Shown here one piece after another: positions 18,402 to 27,713 of a stretch of DNA of 30,902 bases. Positions within the stretch are counted from its first letter, which is position 1, and each line of letters begins with the position of its first letter. Source of the stretch: a virus (taxonomy: Duplodnaviria; Heunggongvirae; Uroviricota; Caudoviricetes); the IMG/VR virus record IMGVR_UViG_3300048588_000114, positions 79,309 through 110,210 of that record; one strand, given 5' to 3'. Below the pieces are notes generated by a model. The model saw only the letters and a program-made list of their open reading frames with translations. It searched no databases and was not told where the DNA came from. Both the position numbers and the translations under genes were made by a program.

Positions 18402-20012
18402 ATGATTGTTAATAAAACCACTAAATATATAGGTCAATACGTTGAGTTTTCTTATGAAACTCCACTCAGGGGCTTAGTCTCTATTACAAGTTTTGTGGAT
18501 GGCATCACAGGTCAAACTGGAACAAGACTATTTAATAAAGAATTTAGTTATACTTTAGATGGCGTTAAGTTTTCTAAGTATGAACCACTAACTTTAGGTG
18601 CTTTACAAGCAATTGCTGGTGGAACAATCCCTATCGAATCAGATTTTATTCTTAAATTTAGATATACTAGGGCTGGAAGTGATACTTTAGGCAATTTGAC
18701 TGTGGATAGTATGGTGATAAATGGCACTTATTCCATGGCATATCTACAGATATTAGATTTAGCAAATACGATTTTCCAAGACATAGGTTTTACAGATGAG
18801 TATTGGAATAAAGTTTGGGTTAATCTATTAAAGAAGCTATATGGCAAAGGAATAGTTGCTAATTATGTAGAGAGAGGCGACAACAAAGAAGATGCGGATT
18901 ACATCACATATTGGAAAATTATCGCTTACTACTATGCTTTCACTATAGCTCTTGTAGATGAGAAAATAAGTAAAATTACAGAAAAAATTCCTGATCTATC
19001 TGAATTTCTAATTGAAAGAGGGGCTTATGCTTATACTGATAATACAATAGTTACTCTTAACTTAGTTGCTAACTACATTTTTGATCAAATTCGTCGCCGG
19101 GCAACCAAAGGAATCATCTATATTGATGGTACTCCGCAAGCCCCGGTGACTAATCCAAATCACGGTGAGCTACTAAAATTAGTAGGGTTTAAGATAAATG
19201 ATGAATTTCTTTTTGAATATGTAAAACAGCTGAATGGCTGGTATTTGGATGTAAACTCACCAGACTATCATGGGCTTTATGGGCATAAGCAATTAAATAA
19301 GTGGTATGATGAGGGTGAGGCTGTTGATTTATCTAAGCTGACCTTAACAGGCACTGTTTTGAATCTAACATTCTTTGGGCGTACAAATATGATGTGGATG
19401 CAGCCTTCTTCAACTGCTGAGTCTGGAGATATTAAAGTTGCTGATACATTAGGATATGAGTTGACTTTTTGGATTAAGACGGCCATAAACAATGTAGATA
19501 TTAATACTTTGACTTTAACTATCTCTACAACCACTGCCTTAGGTAGTCCTGTAGACACTGAGTCAATATTGAGTGGTTCTGTGACCGGAACAATTCTTAG
19601 TGCCTACACTAATAGTAACCAAGGGAACGCTATATTCTATTTTATTCGGGCTAAAATTTATCCTAAAGGAACAGCATTGATCGCCTCTCCAGATAGCCAA
19701 ACAAATGTAAATACTGGAGTTAATCTAAGATTTAAGGATGGGGCAGAAAGAATGAAGATTAAATTTGCTTGTGGTGCAGGTGCTGGAGCAATGGCTATTA
19801 GCGATATTAAACTATATCCACTATATCAATTCAAGAATAATGTTTCTTTAGATGCTGGCGATATGAGCCGGGTGTGGTTAAAAAACAGGAACTTTGAATT
19901 GTCAAGTAAGATAAACCCTATAAAAGGCATGAGTGTAGAGGAATATTTAGACATAAAAATTAGAGAAACTCTATTGCCATTTAGTTCAACCTTAATAACA
20001 GAAATATTATGA
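18402..20012 (+). CDS. Putative baseplate wedge 2 / outer baseplate protein
   Basis: 536 aa directly after J. Helical middle region (LSEFLIERG...QIRRRAT) flanked by beta-rich domains. The call rests mainly on position. Confidence 0.5.
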   Translation: MIVNKTTKYIGQYVEFSYETPLRGLVSITSFVDGITGQTGTRLFNKEFSYTLDGVKFSKYEPLTLGALQAIAGGTIPIESDFILKFRYTRAGSDTLGNLTVDSMVINGTYSMAYLQILDLANTIFQDIGFTDEYWNKVWVNLLKKLYGKGIVANYVERGDNKEDADYITYWKIIAYYYAFTIALVDEKISKITEKIPDLSEFLIERGAYAYTDNTIVTLNLVANYIFDQIRRRATKGIIYIDGTPQAPVTNPNHGELLKLVGFKINDEFLFEYVKQLNGWYLDVNSPDYHGLYGHKQLNKWYDEGEAVDLSKLTLTGTVLNLTFFGRTNMMWMQPSSTAESGDIKVADTLGYELTFWIKTAINNVDINTLTLTISTTTALGSPVDTESILSGSVTGTILSAYTNSNQGNAIFYFIRAKIYPKGTALIASPDSQTNVNTGVNLRFKDGAERMKIKFACGAGAGAMAISDIKLYPLYQFKNNVSLDAGDMSRVWLKNRNFELSSKINPIKGMSVEEYLDIKIRETLLPFSSTLITEIL

Positions 20013-20758
20013 GTAGCGTCAAACTGTCTCCGAATCAGCATGTTGGGTATCTTGAAATGAGAAGGTATCGTTCTTTCACTGAAACTAAGTACAACAACAT
20101 CTTTAAAAATTTCATTTCAAACTTTGGAGTGTTTAAGAACCTAACCATTGACCCCTCTTGGAATAATTTAAAAATTGTGAGCGGCACTGGGACGGGCAAA
20201 TACACTTTAAAAGCAGGCTATGCTGTAGATTCTGATTTCAATTTAATTGTGGTGCCATCTGATATTATAGACGCTTATGATGTTAGCGCTCTATCAGGAA
20301 CTCAACATGCCTGTATCGAATATGATACAAGAGTTTTTGAGGAAGGAACTCTAAGTATATCTACTGCTGGAGTTTTGACAGGCACTGGAACTAAGTTTAC
20401 AGAGGTCTTGAGAGGTCAACCACATCATGCTACTAAGATTAAGTTTACAAATGCTGTATCTAATTTAGCTGAATATGAGGTTTTATCAGTAACTTCAGAT
20501 ACGTCAGTAACATTACAAGGTGGCCCATTTACAGCGGAATCTAATCTAAGATACAAGGTTGTAGGGACATTTACGCCGGGTGTGGTAATTCCCGGTGGAG
20601 ATAAGGATATTTATTCTTATGATAGTGCGCTTCTTTCTGTAAAAGCAGGAGCCTCGCCAGTTCTAGTTGCTGGAAAACAGTTTCTTTTGGCTGTATTACC
20701 TACAGGTGTCGGCACACCGACTGATGAACGTGCAAGTTATCAATTAGCTTTAATCTAA
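20009..20758 (+). CDS. Putative baseplate/fibre-base protein, paralog A
   Basis: 249 aa. EEGTLSISTAGVLTGTGTKFTEVLRGQP resembles the GTV.V....V.G.GT.F motif of fibre-attachment domains. Full-length paralog of the next gene. Confidence 0.55.
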   Translation: MSSVKLSPNQHVGYLEMRRYRSFTETKYNNIFKNFISNFGVFKNLTIDPSWNNLKIVSGTGTGKYTLKAGYAVDSDFNLIVVPSDIIDAYDVSALSGTQHACIEYDTRVFEEGTLSISTAGVLTGTGTKFTEVLRGQPHHATKIKFTNAVSNLAEYEVLSVTSDTSVTLQGGPFTAESNLRYKVVGTFTPGVVIPGGDKDIYSYDSALLSVKAGASPVLVAGKQFLLAVLPTGVGTPTDERASYQLALI

Positions 20759-20761
20759 GTC

Positions 20762-21541
20762 ATGGCAGAGAATACATATGTAAAATTTGGCCCTAATCAG
20801 CATATCGGTAGTCTTGAACTAAACCGATATAAGAAAGCGATGGAGGATAAGTACAATACATTAGTAAAGTACATGATTTTAGAGCCAGGATTAGCTAGTG
20901 CAGGTACTAATTTACAGGTAGTTGTAGGCACTTCTGGTTTCAAATACACATTGAAGGCAGGCATAGCAATTGATGCAGACCTTAATGTCATCCATGTGCC
21001 CTTTGATGTAGTAGATGTTTTTGATCTAGCGGCGGCAGAGCCGGGCGGTGTTAATGGCACTTTCTATTTATACATTGAATATAAAGCCCCTACGAATCTA
21101 AATGAAGAAGAAGGAACAGTGAGTATTGACTCATTGGGAAATCTAACAGGCATAGGTACTAAATTTACTGAGTGCTTGAGAGGTCAACCGTACCATCCAA
21201 TGAGAATCAAATTCACAAACTCAACCTATAATTTTCAGGAATATGACATTAATGTCTTAACTTCAGACACAGCAGCATCTATTAAATTGGTTGGCGGCAT
21301 TACACCGGAATCTAATTTGAAGTATAAGGTAGTTGGGTCTTTCACGCCGGGCGTGTCTGTTCCTAAAGAAAGTAAAGACATCTATAAGTTTGATGGACAG
21401 AATTGGCAGGTGGGATACATAAAAACTAACGTGAACTTTGACCCATCGTTGCTTGCGAGGCCGAAATATCAATTCGGATTAGCTGGATTAGCCTTTAACC
21501 TTTCCGTAGATGTGCGTGAACAATTCTTAACTCTAATATAA
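20762..21541 (+). CDS. Putative baseplate/fibre-base protein, paralog B
   Basis: 259 aa. Shares PNQH.G.LE..RY, KYTLKAG.A.D.D.N, EEGT.SI...G.LTG.GTKFTE.LRGQP.H, ESNL.YKVVG.FTPGV and KDIY with paralog A. Confidence 0.55.
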   Translation: MAENTYVKFGPNQHIGSLELNRYKKAMEDKYNTLVKYMILEPGLASAGTNLQVVVGTSGFKYTLKAGIAIDADLNVIHVPFDVVDVFDLAAAEPGGVNGTFYLYIEYKAPTNLNEEEGTVSIDSLGNLTGIGTKFTECLRGQPYHPMRIKFTNSTYNFQEYDINVLTSDTAASIKLVGGITPESNLKYKVVGSFTPGVSVPKESKDIYKFDGQNWQVGYIKTNVNFDPSLLARPKYQFGLAGLAFNLSVDVREQFLTLI

Positions 21542-22038
21542 TGAAAGCAATATTCAAGAATAGTGTAGATTTACAGCTGGATGTACTATCCACAAATAAG
21601 ATGAACTTAGAGATGACCGTACAAGGCGGTTCTACTGATGAGTTTCTTCCAGAGAATGAGACCGATGAGCCTAAAAATGATGAGTTTATCGTTAGGGATG
21701 TGGAGAAAAAAGTCTTTGTGTTAGATGAGGACAATACATTTAATGAGGACATAATGGCTTTGCTTCAAACTCCTGTAGTGGATATCACTGGTATAGTGAT
21801 AGGTTGCTATACCGTAGTAGATGCTAAGACAGCAGAGCCAGCAAGATTTAAGGTTGATCTACAGCTTAATACAATGGTTGCTCCAATAAGCATGGGTTAT
21901 CTATCTAATCTATCTCTCCTAAACATGATGGAGCAAAAGATAGAGAAATTAGTGATAAGCGATGTTAAGATTGAGGCAGAAAAAACTCCGGTTAACCTTG
22001 TAGTGATGGTATTCTCTAAAAACGCAAACGAAGCATAA
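21541..22038 (+). CDS. Hypothetical protein (end of the structural operon)
   Basis: 165 aa, TAATG-coupled at both ends. Confidence 0.55.
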   Translation: MKAIFKNSVDLQLDVLSTNKMNLEMTVQGGSTDEFLPENETDEPKNDEFIVRDVEKKVFVLDEDNTFNEDIMALLQTPVVDITGIVIGCYTVVDAKTAEPARFKVDLQLNTMVAPISMGYLSNLSLLNMMEQKIEKLVISDVKIEAEKTPVNLVVMVFSKNANEA

Positions 22039-22577
22039 TGAAATTATTTTACACTGGGGCTGAGTATTTTGGGGTTGCTCAAAATTCTTCCCTAAAAAGT
22101 CTAGGCGGCTTCATATCTACAACAATTGTTCCTAATAATTCTCTATCGAATGTGTTTCCTGAGATTTCTTCTTTAGGAATGCAGAATGGTTCATTTGAAG
22201 TTAGAGGCTTAGTGCTAAAGAATACTACTGGAGTGGTTGTTCAAAACATATATCTCTATCAGACATACCCTGTTACTGATAAGAAAGCTAAGATTGAGTG
22301 GGCTGTTGTAACCATTCCAGATGCTAAAAAGATGGAACAGCTATCCTCTCCTAATTCTGAGCCTTATCAGATTGGAGAATGGATTGAGCCTGTAGGGGTG
22401 GGAGATAAAGAACTATTGATAGCATCACTCCCTGTTGACGGCGTCATTGGTTTATGGATTAAACGTACCATTCTCACACCTAATCCAGAAGATGCAGTGC
22501 CTGGCAAAGACCTTGAGGCATACCAAGCCGCTCAGTCTAAGACAGAAGAAATTGCTGTGGCGATAGAGTACACATAA
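22038..22577 (+). CDS. Putative virion (baseplate-associated) beta-sandwich protein
   Basis: 179 aa. The motif SLGGFIST..VPN..L.NVF..IS...E.RGLVLKN resembles a family of phage structural proteins (recall only). Confidence 0.5.
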   Translation: MKLFYTGAEYFGVAQNSSLKSLGGFISTTIVPNNSLSNVFPEISSLGMQNGSFEVRGLVLKNTTGVVVQNIYLYQTYPVTDKKAKIEWAVVTIPDAKKMEQLSSPNSEPYQIGEWIEPVGVGDKELLIASLPVDGVIGLWIKRTILTPNPEDAVPGKDLEAYQAAQSKTEEIAVAIEYT

Positions 22578-22579
22578 CC

Positions 22580-22592
22580 CTAACGTTATATA
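22580..22592 (+). promoter_or_regulatory. CnAMMGTTATWWA motif copy 2 (CTAACGTTATATA), candidate phage late promoter
   Basis: Intergenic, ending 21 nt before helicase ATG 22614. Confidence 0.6.
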
Positions 22593-22616
22593 GGGGATAA
22601 GAAATCAACCCCTATG
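22589..22616 (+). promoter_or_regulatory. Hairpin occluding the helicase start codon
   Basis: ATAGGGG (22590-22596) pairs with CCCCTAT (22609-22615), plus a U-G pair at 22589/22616; 12-nt loop. The 3' arm contains the AUG. No U-tract follows. Confidence 0.5.
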
Positions 22617-24134
22617 ATTCACTTTAAAAAAGACGGTTTGAAAATTCATTACAGTGTTTCCTCTAAGGAGGAAGCATCTGTCATTGAAAACTCTCTAAAA
22701 TTCAAGGTTGAAGGTGCTGAATATTCTGAAGCAGCCATAGAACATGGCTGGGATGGTTATGCCCGTTATTATGATAAGAAGAATAGCTGGTTTTGGCATG
22801 GATTAATGCCGCTTGTGGAAAAATCACTGGATAAGAGGCAAATCAAATACAGGAAGCAAGGATTTGATTGGAATAGCACTGATTGGATAAAGTTTTCAAA
22901 AAAGGTTTCTGCGGATAATAGGGATTATCAGCGTGAAGCAATTACTACTTTTATAAGACTAGGCTGCGGTGTAGTAAAAGTCCCTACCAGAGGGGGAAAG
23001 ACTTATATTGCCGCAGAAACAATTAGGCTATTGTTAGGCTCAGAAAGAGTTAAATCAGCTTTCTTTCTCGTTGATAGTGTGGATCTATTTAAGCAATCAA
23101 TAGATGAGATAGCTAACTATCTCGAAGTAGACCCATCTACAATCGGACAGATCAGGGAGAAGAAATTTGATATCCAGCCTATCACTGTGGCTACAATTCA
23201 GACAGTTCATCAGATACTTTATGGGAAAGAAAACATTCTAAGTAAGGAAAAACGCCTAAAAAAATCTAAACTTGAGAAGCACCTAAAATCTGTGGAACTT
23301 CCCATTGTAGATGAGATACATGAGTACGGTGGATCTAAGGTTCGCATGCGTATTCTTCGCAAGTTTACATCCTATCGCTGGTTCCTTACCATATCAGCAA
23401 CTCCACATAAATTAGGCAAGATACAACAAATCAATATTGATTCTTTGACGGGTGGGGTGATTTACGAAATCCCGGAGGCAGATTTGGTAGAGCGCAAAGT
23501 TCTTGCGGATAACCGCATATTATTATTACTTTTTAAGCATGATTTAAGCCGTTTAGGCGATGAAACATCATACGGCCAAGTAAATACCCACCTCATCATA
23601 AACAATCACCGTCGCAACCTTATAATTGCTTATTTCTTGGAGTGTTGTAAAGAGTTAGGATTAAAGGCAATAGCGATGTTTAATTCTAAAATACATGGTA
23701 ATAAACTATCATCTTTCGCTGATTTGACGTTTATTAGTGGAGATTCAAGTGATAAGCTGAGAGCCACTATAAAGAGTGAGTTTTTAAGTAAAAGTGGTGG
23801 AGTTTTATTAGTATCGGACATTTGGAAGAAAGGCATAACCCTTCCTTCAGTAGAGATACTAATAAACGCCGATGGAGGGAAAGAACCATCGTTAGTAATA
23901 CAGAGAAGAGGGAGAATATTGGGTGTTACAGAAACAAAGAAAAAGGCACTTTATGTGGATTTTATTGATGACTGTGAACTATATTTAGGTGAGCACAGCA
24001 TCAGTAGAGTGGAAGCCTATGAGGAGAAGCTATCGGAGAATAAAATAGATGTGCTAGACACAAACGCTACTAATTTTTATCGGGACTTAAAGGAATATAT
24101 GATAGATTTCTTTGAGCTTAACATTCAGGAATAA
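22614..24134 (+). CDS. Superfamily 2 DNA helicase (T4 UvsW-like / phage K helicase A-like)
   Basis: Q motif RDYQREAI, Walker A PTRGGKT, motif II DEIH, motif III SAT, motif V GITLPSV, motif VI QRRGRIL. Confidence 0.92.
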   Translation: MIHFKKDGLKIHYSVSSKEEASVIENSLKFKVEGAEYSEAAIEHGWDGYARYYDKKNSWFWHGLMPLVEKSLDKRQIKYRKQGFDWNSTDWIKFSKKVSADNRDYQREAITTFIRLGCGVVKVPTRGGKTYIAAETIRLLLGSERVKSAFFLVDSVDLFKQSIDEIANYLEVDPSTIGQIREKKFDIQPITVATIQTVHQILYGKENILSKEKRLKKSKLEKHLKSVELPIVDEIHEYGGSKVRMRILRKFTSYRWFLTISATPHKLGKIQQINIDSLTGGVIYEIPEADLVERKVLADNRILLLLFKHDLSRLGDETSYGQVNTHLIINNHRRNLIIAYFLECCKELGLKAIAMFNSKIHGNKLSSFADLTFISGDSSDKLRATIKSEFLSKSGGVLLVSDIWKKGITLPSVEILINADGGKEPSLVIQRRGRILGVTETKKKALYVDFIDDCELYLGEHSISRVEAYEEKLSENKIDVLDTNATNFYRDLKEYMIDFFELNIQE

Positions 24135-24137
24135 CTT

Positions 24138-24773
24138 ATGGTTAGGGAAGAAGCATTCAATTTAACAGCGCTAATATACCAAGAATACTATCGTCAGGTA
24201 ACTTTAAATCAAGATTATGTCTTTGAATTAGATGAGGCTGGTAAAAAGAAAAAAGTTATCAATAAATTCTTAGATTTCGTAGATGAGAAATACAGTTTAA
24301 AGTCAATAGGGTTAGAGTATTTAGTTAATTTCATTGAAAGTGGTTTTAATCTCTACTTCGATGCTAAGCATTTGAAATACGGAGTTCGGTCAATCCAGAT
24401 TGAGTGGATTATTGGCAGTAAGGCCATTGAGAGGTATGAGAAAATCAAGGATATTGATAACAAGTATTTTCGCAAGAACAGAAAAATCAGGCAAGATATC
24501 AAATTAAGAGTTCTTGACAAGTTTAAACACTCATCTCTGCCTAATCGTCAAGCAATAAAACAGTTGCTTACTGACGGTAATGTGGAGTTCTATGAAGCAG
24601 AGAAACAACGTTTCTACGATACCGCAGAAGGACTTGCCTGGTGTATGTTGAATACTACACTATATAATCATAAATCAAGCCTTTGCGAGGCTTGTACTAA
24701 CAGAAATAAATGTAAGCAAATCTTAGGGGAGAATTACCCTAAATTGTACCAATTAAGAGGCTATGGAAAGTAG
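24138..24773 (+). CDS. Hypothetical protein with a C-terminal 4-Cys cluster (C-x13-CxxC-x5-C), possible Zn binder
   Basis: WCMLNTTLYNHKSSLCEACTNRNKC. Lies between the two helicases and overlaps the DnaB-like start by 11 nt. Confidence 0.6.
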   Translation: MVREEAFNLTALIYQEYYRQVTLNQDYVFELDEAGKKKKVINKFLDFVDEKYSLKSIGLEYLVNFIESGFNLYFDAKHLKYGVRSIQIEWIIGSKAIERYEKIKDIDNKYFRKNRKIRQDIKLRVLDKFKHSSLPNRQAIKQLLTDGNVEFYEAEKQRFYDTAEGLAWCMLNTTLYNHKSSLCEACTNRNKCKQILGENYPKLYQLRGYGK

Positions 24774-26130
24774 ATTAGACGCCAGTTTTTATAACGAATT
24801 AATAAAAGGATGTATTGTTAAGAAATCCTTCTTCTCATTAGTAAATAACCACCTTAAACTGTCCTTTCTGCCGGAGGGCGCCTACCGGATTCTTTGGGGC
24901 GAATTAACCGGATATGTTAGGAAATTCGAGAAAGTCCCGTCTTTTGGGGTTCTTCGCCAGCGATTAACCGATATTGGTGAGGAAACTGCTTTAGATTTAC
25001 TAACAGACATAAAGGACATAATCAAGGTTGACTATGATTCAGTACTAAAAGAGTTTGAAGGATTTATCAAAAAGTCTATGTTTTTGGTGGCTTATAAGGA
25101 CTTAGCAGAACTTTACAATAAGAATCAAAAGGATGCTGCCTACCTAAAATTCAAGGAAGTAGGAGATGATTTAAATGCTTTTTCCCTACAAGCAGAGGCT
25201 GGAGAACGAATCTTTGGTAATTTCTCCGGGCGTCATGTAGAGCGCATCATGGAAGTCAGCGGCAATTTGCATAAACAAATGTATTGGCCGATAGGTATAG
25301 ACCTAATTGACCACTATATGGATGGTGGAACATATCGAGGTGAAATCACACTTTGGTTAGGTAATTCAGGAGTAGGAAAGTCACAAGTATTAATACATTC
25401 TGGAATATCCACTGCCAGAAGGGGTGGACGTGTCGTACATATACAGGCTGAAGGAACTAAGCGTCAAGTGACTGACCGTTACGATGCGGCTTGGACTGGT
25501 CTGCTCTATAAGGACATGAAAAGGGCCAATATTACAGATGATAAGTTTAAAGCCCTCCAAAAGATTGTCCGCAAAGTAGGTAAGGGTGAAATTCATGTCT
25601 TCTGTAAAGAGAAGTTTGGAGCCTTCACTATTCCAGAGATTAGGAATATAGTGTGGGAGGTGATACGTAAGTACGGGGCTGTTGATAAGATAATCATTGA
25701 CTATTTAGAATTAATAGAGCCGGGGGATGGTATTGTATATCGCTCTAGCGATGAACGCCATAGACAAACTAAGCTGAGTAGGGCTTTTAAAGATTTAGCT
25801 GTGGAGACCGATTCAGCATTAGATACCGCAACTCAAGCTACGGTGGAAAGTCCGGAAACTAAAGAAAATCCCGATTATGTGATGACTGAGTGGAACCTAT
25901 CAGAAGATAAGGGAAAGATTAGAGCATTTGATAATTTCATTAGTATTAATCAGACCCGTGATGAGAAGCAGGAGCAAATAATGCGTCTGTATGGTGGTAA
26001 ATTTAGGGAGAATCCTTCAGGGCAGATTATTAGAATAGCGAATGCTCTACATAGATCGAGATTTTATGACCGGGTGCGCACCATTAATGACTTATACGGT
26101 ATGGAAGAACTAAGCCTTATAAAACAATGA
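24763..26130 (+). CDS. DnaB-like (SF4) replicative helicase
   Basis: Walker A GNSGVGKS, H1a HIQAE, H2 IIIDYLEL, H3 TATQA, H4 IRAFDNFISIN. Confidence 0.92.
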   Translation: MESRLDASFYNELIKGCIVKKSFFSLVNNHLKLSFLPEGAYRILWGELTGYVRKFEKVPSFGVLRQRLTDIGEETALDLLTDIKDIIKVDYDSVLKEFEGFIKKSMFLVAYKDLAELYNKNQKDAAYLKFKEVGDDLNAFSLQAEAGERIFGNFSGRHVERIMEVSGNLHKQMYWPIGIDLIDHYMDGGTYRGEITLWLGNSGVGKSQVLIHSGISTARRGGRVVHIQAEGTKRQVTDRYDAAWTGLLYKDMKRANITDDKFKALQKIVRKVGKGEIHVFCKEKFGAFTIPEIRNIVWEVIRKYGAVDKIIIDYLELIEPGDGIVYRSSDERHRQTKLSRAFKDLAVETDSALDTATQATVESPETKENPDYVMTEWNLSEDKGKIRAFDNFISINQTRDEKQEQIMRLYGGKFRENPSGQIIRIANALHRSRFYDRVRTINDLYGMEELSLIKQ

Positions 26131-27146
26131 TAAATATTGATTTTGAAGAACTCATAGGTTCTTCTAATAGAAATAGCCGTGGAGATCATATCATTGGCGA
26201 CTGCCCATTCTGCAACAAGGAAGGGCATTTTTATTTCAACACTGTCAAGGCTTTAAAGAAAAAGCAAGGCCGTTTTGTAGGCTGTTGGGACTGTAAGAAG
26301 TGTCTAAGGCAGGGGAATATAGTATCTCTACTACAGCAGGTAGGAAGTCTTCATTTGATACAAGGAGAATATTTAGGAGACATAGAGGTTCTTGATAATC
26401 CATTTGATCAAAAATTAGAAGAGGTAGTTGATGAAGTCAATGTGTTGGCTAAAGAAATCAAGCCACCCGTAGGTTTTAAACGGGTAATGTATGATGAATA
26501 TCTAAGTGGAGAGCGTGGTTGGACACCTGAACACTATAATAAATTTGAAGTTGGCTATACCAGATTATCTTCCAAGTTAGAGAATTATGTTATTATTCTG
26601 ATAAAGGAAGCCAATAGAGTTCGAGGTTATTTAGCCAGGTCAAAGCTGTCGAAGGCAGAGATAAAGGAAATAAATAAACAAAGAAAGCTGGAGGGTAGGA
26701 AGGACAAGTATTTGCGCTATTCTAACTCAACCGGGGCAGAGTTTAATAAATTACTTGGAGGCTATGAAGAAATAGTATTTACCACCAAATGGGTGATACT
26801 AGTTGAGGGTATATTTGATAAGACGGCAGTAGATAGGGCACTGGGATTAGATAGAATACAAGAGATGAAGTGTTGTTTTACTTTTGGTAAGGACGTGAGC
26901 CGTGAGCAAATACTAAAACTCAAGCGCAAGGGAATCCGGGGAGTAATTTTGATACAAGACCCAGATGCTGTGGAGAGTAGTAAGGCCATAGGATTGATGC
27001 TTGATAAAGAATTTGATAAAGTTTTAATGGGCTTTAGTGGTGAACACGACTTAGGGGATTCTTCCGATTCAGAGATATTAGATATATTCGAAAATCTCAA
27101 ACCTCCTTTATCATTTAGTAAAGACATAGTCCAAGCCCACTTATGA
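26127..27146 (+). CDS. DnaG-type primase (Zn finger + TOPRIM)
   Basis: CPFC...H...WDCKKC zinc-binding domain; TOPRIM ILVEGIFD and QDPDA; C-terminal DLGD. ATGA overlap with the helicase. Confidence 0.9.
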   Translation: MINIDFEELIGSSNRNSRGDHIIGDCPFCNKEGHFYFNTVKALKKKQGRFVGCWDCKKCLRQGNIVSLLQQVGSLHLIQGEYLGDIEVLDNPFDQKLEEVVDEVNVLAKEIKPPVGFKRVMYDEYLSGERGWTPEHYNKFEVGYTRLSSKLENYVIILIKEANRVRGYLARSKLSKAEIKEINKQRKLEGRKDKYLRYSNSTGAEFNKLLGGYEEIVFTTKWVILVEGIFDKTAVDRALGLDRIQEMKCCFTFGKDVSREQILKLKRKGIRGVILIQDPDAVESSKAIGLMLDKEFDKVLMGFSGEHDLGDSSDSEILDIFENLKPPLSFSKDIVQAHL

Positions 27147-27598
27147 ACCAAAAAAGAAATTTATCACTTCTTGACTACCTATATATACTACAAAGGGAAT
27201 ATTTCCTCAGCGATACACGCTCAAAATTCTATTATAATCCTAATGACAAAAGGTTCTATAAGCGGGTTGCTGGCCATAAACGTGACAAGATACTAAAGAT
27301 TCAGCAAGATAATGGTTTAAAGACTATTTTCAATGATGAGGCTTTATATAGTAAAATCAAATCAGAGACGTTGAAGCCAAATGGCTTACCAATTGATGAC
27401 TTGACTGACAAGGACATCGAACACTACTATTCTAATGGTTCTGATATCAAATGTTTTGTTAGTGAAAGTGAATTTGTGTTAGGGAAAATCATTCAACACG
27501 ATTTAAAACATAATACAATTTTAGTGAAATTAAGCAACGGCGGTGGAGATAAGGAATTTTCTTGCTCCAATTCAGTGCGCATTATCCCTCCGGGGTAA
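27143..27598 (+). CDS. Hypothetical protein (C-terminal SH3/KOW-like beta region)
   Basis: 151 aa, ATGA-coupled to the primase. The last ~55 aa are alternating short beta strands (inference). Confidence 0.55.
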   Translation: MNQKRNLSLLDYLYILQREYFLSDTRSKFYYNPNDKRFYKRVAGHKRDKILKIQQDNGLKTIFNDEALYSKIKSETLKPNGLPIDDLTDKDIEHYYSNGSDIKCFVSESEFVLGKIIQHDLKHNTILVKLSNGGGDKEFSCSNSVRIIPPG

Positions 27599-27640
27599 AA
27601 TTAATTAATCTAATTATCAATAAGTTAATAAAAAGAGGAT

Positions 27641-27679
27641 AAATAAATTTTTATTTCCGTAAAACTGTCCCTATATTAG
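27641..27679 (+). promoter_or_regulatory. Candidate host-sigma (Bacteroidota-type) promoter, copy 1 of a 39-bp element
   Basis: AAATAAATTT-TTATTTCCGT-AAAACTGTCC-C-TATATTAG aligns gap-free with 28740-28778. The -7 box TATATTAG differs from TAnnTTTG at one position. Confidence 0.5.
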
Positions 27680-27713
27680 CGCCATAAAACCAAAATCATT
27701 AAATCTCATAAAC

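Noticed and set aside
2663-21541. Diversity-generating retroelement (TR/VR) behind the 26-nt repeat or the paralog pair
   Set aside because: No reverse transcriptase in the window, the mismatch is C/T rather than adenine-specific, and the paralogs are far too diverged.
5006-22577. Tailocin, eCIS or T6SS-like cluster in a bacterial chromosome
   Set aside because: Head-tail adaptor and stopper genes, DnaB, primase and a sigma factor flank the tail module, as in a complete phage.
27599-27713. AT-rich gap after the replication operon as a replication origin
   Set aside because: No iterons seen, and the promoter element explains the region adequately.
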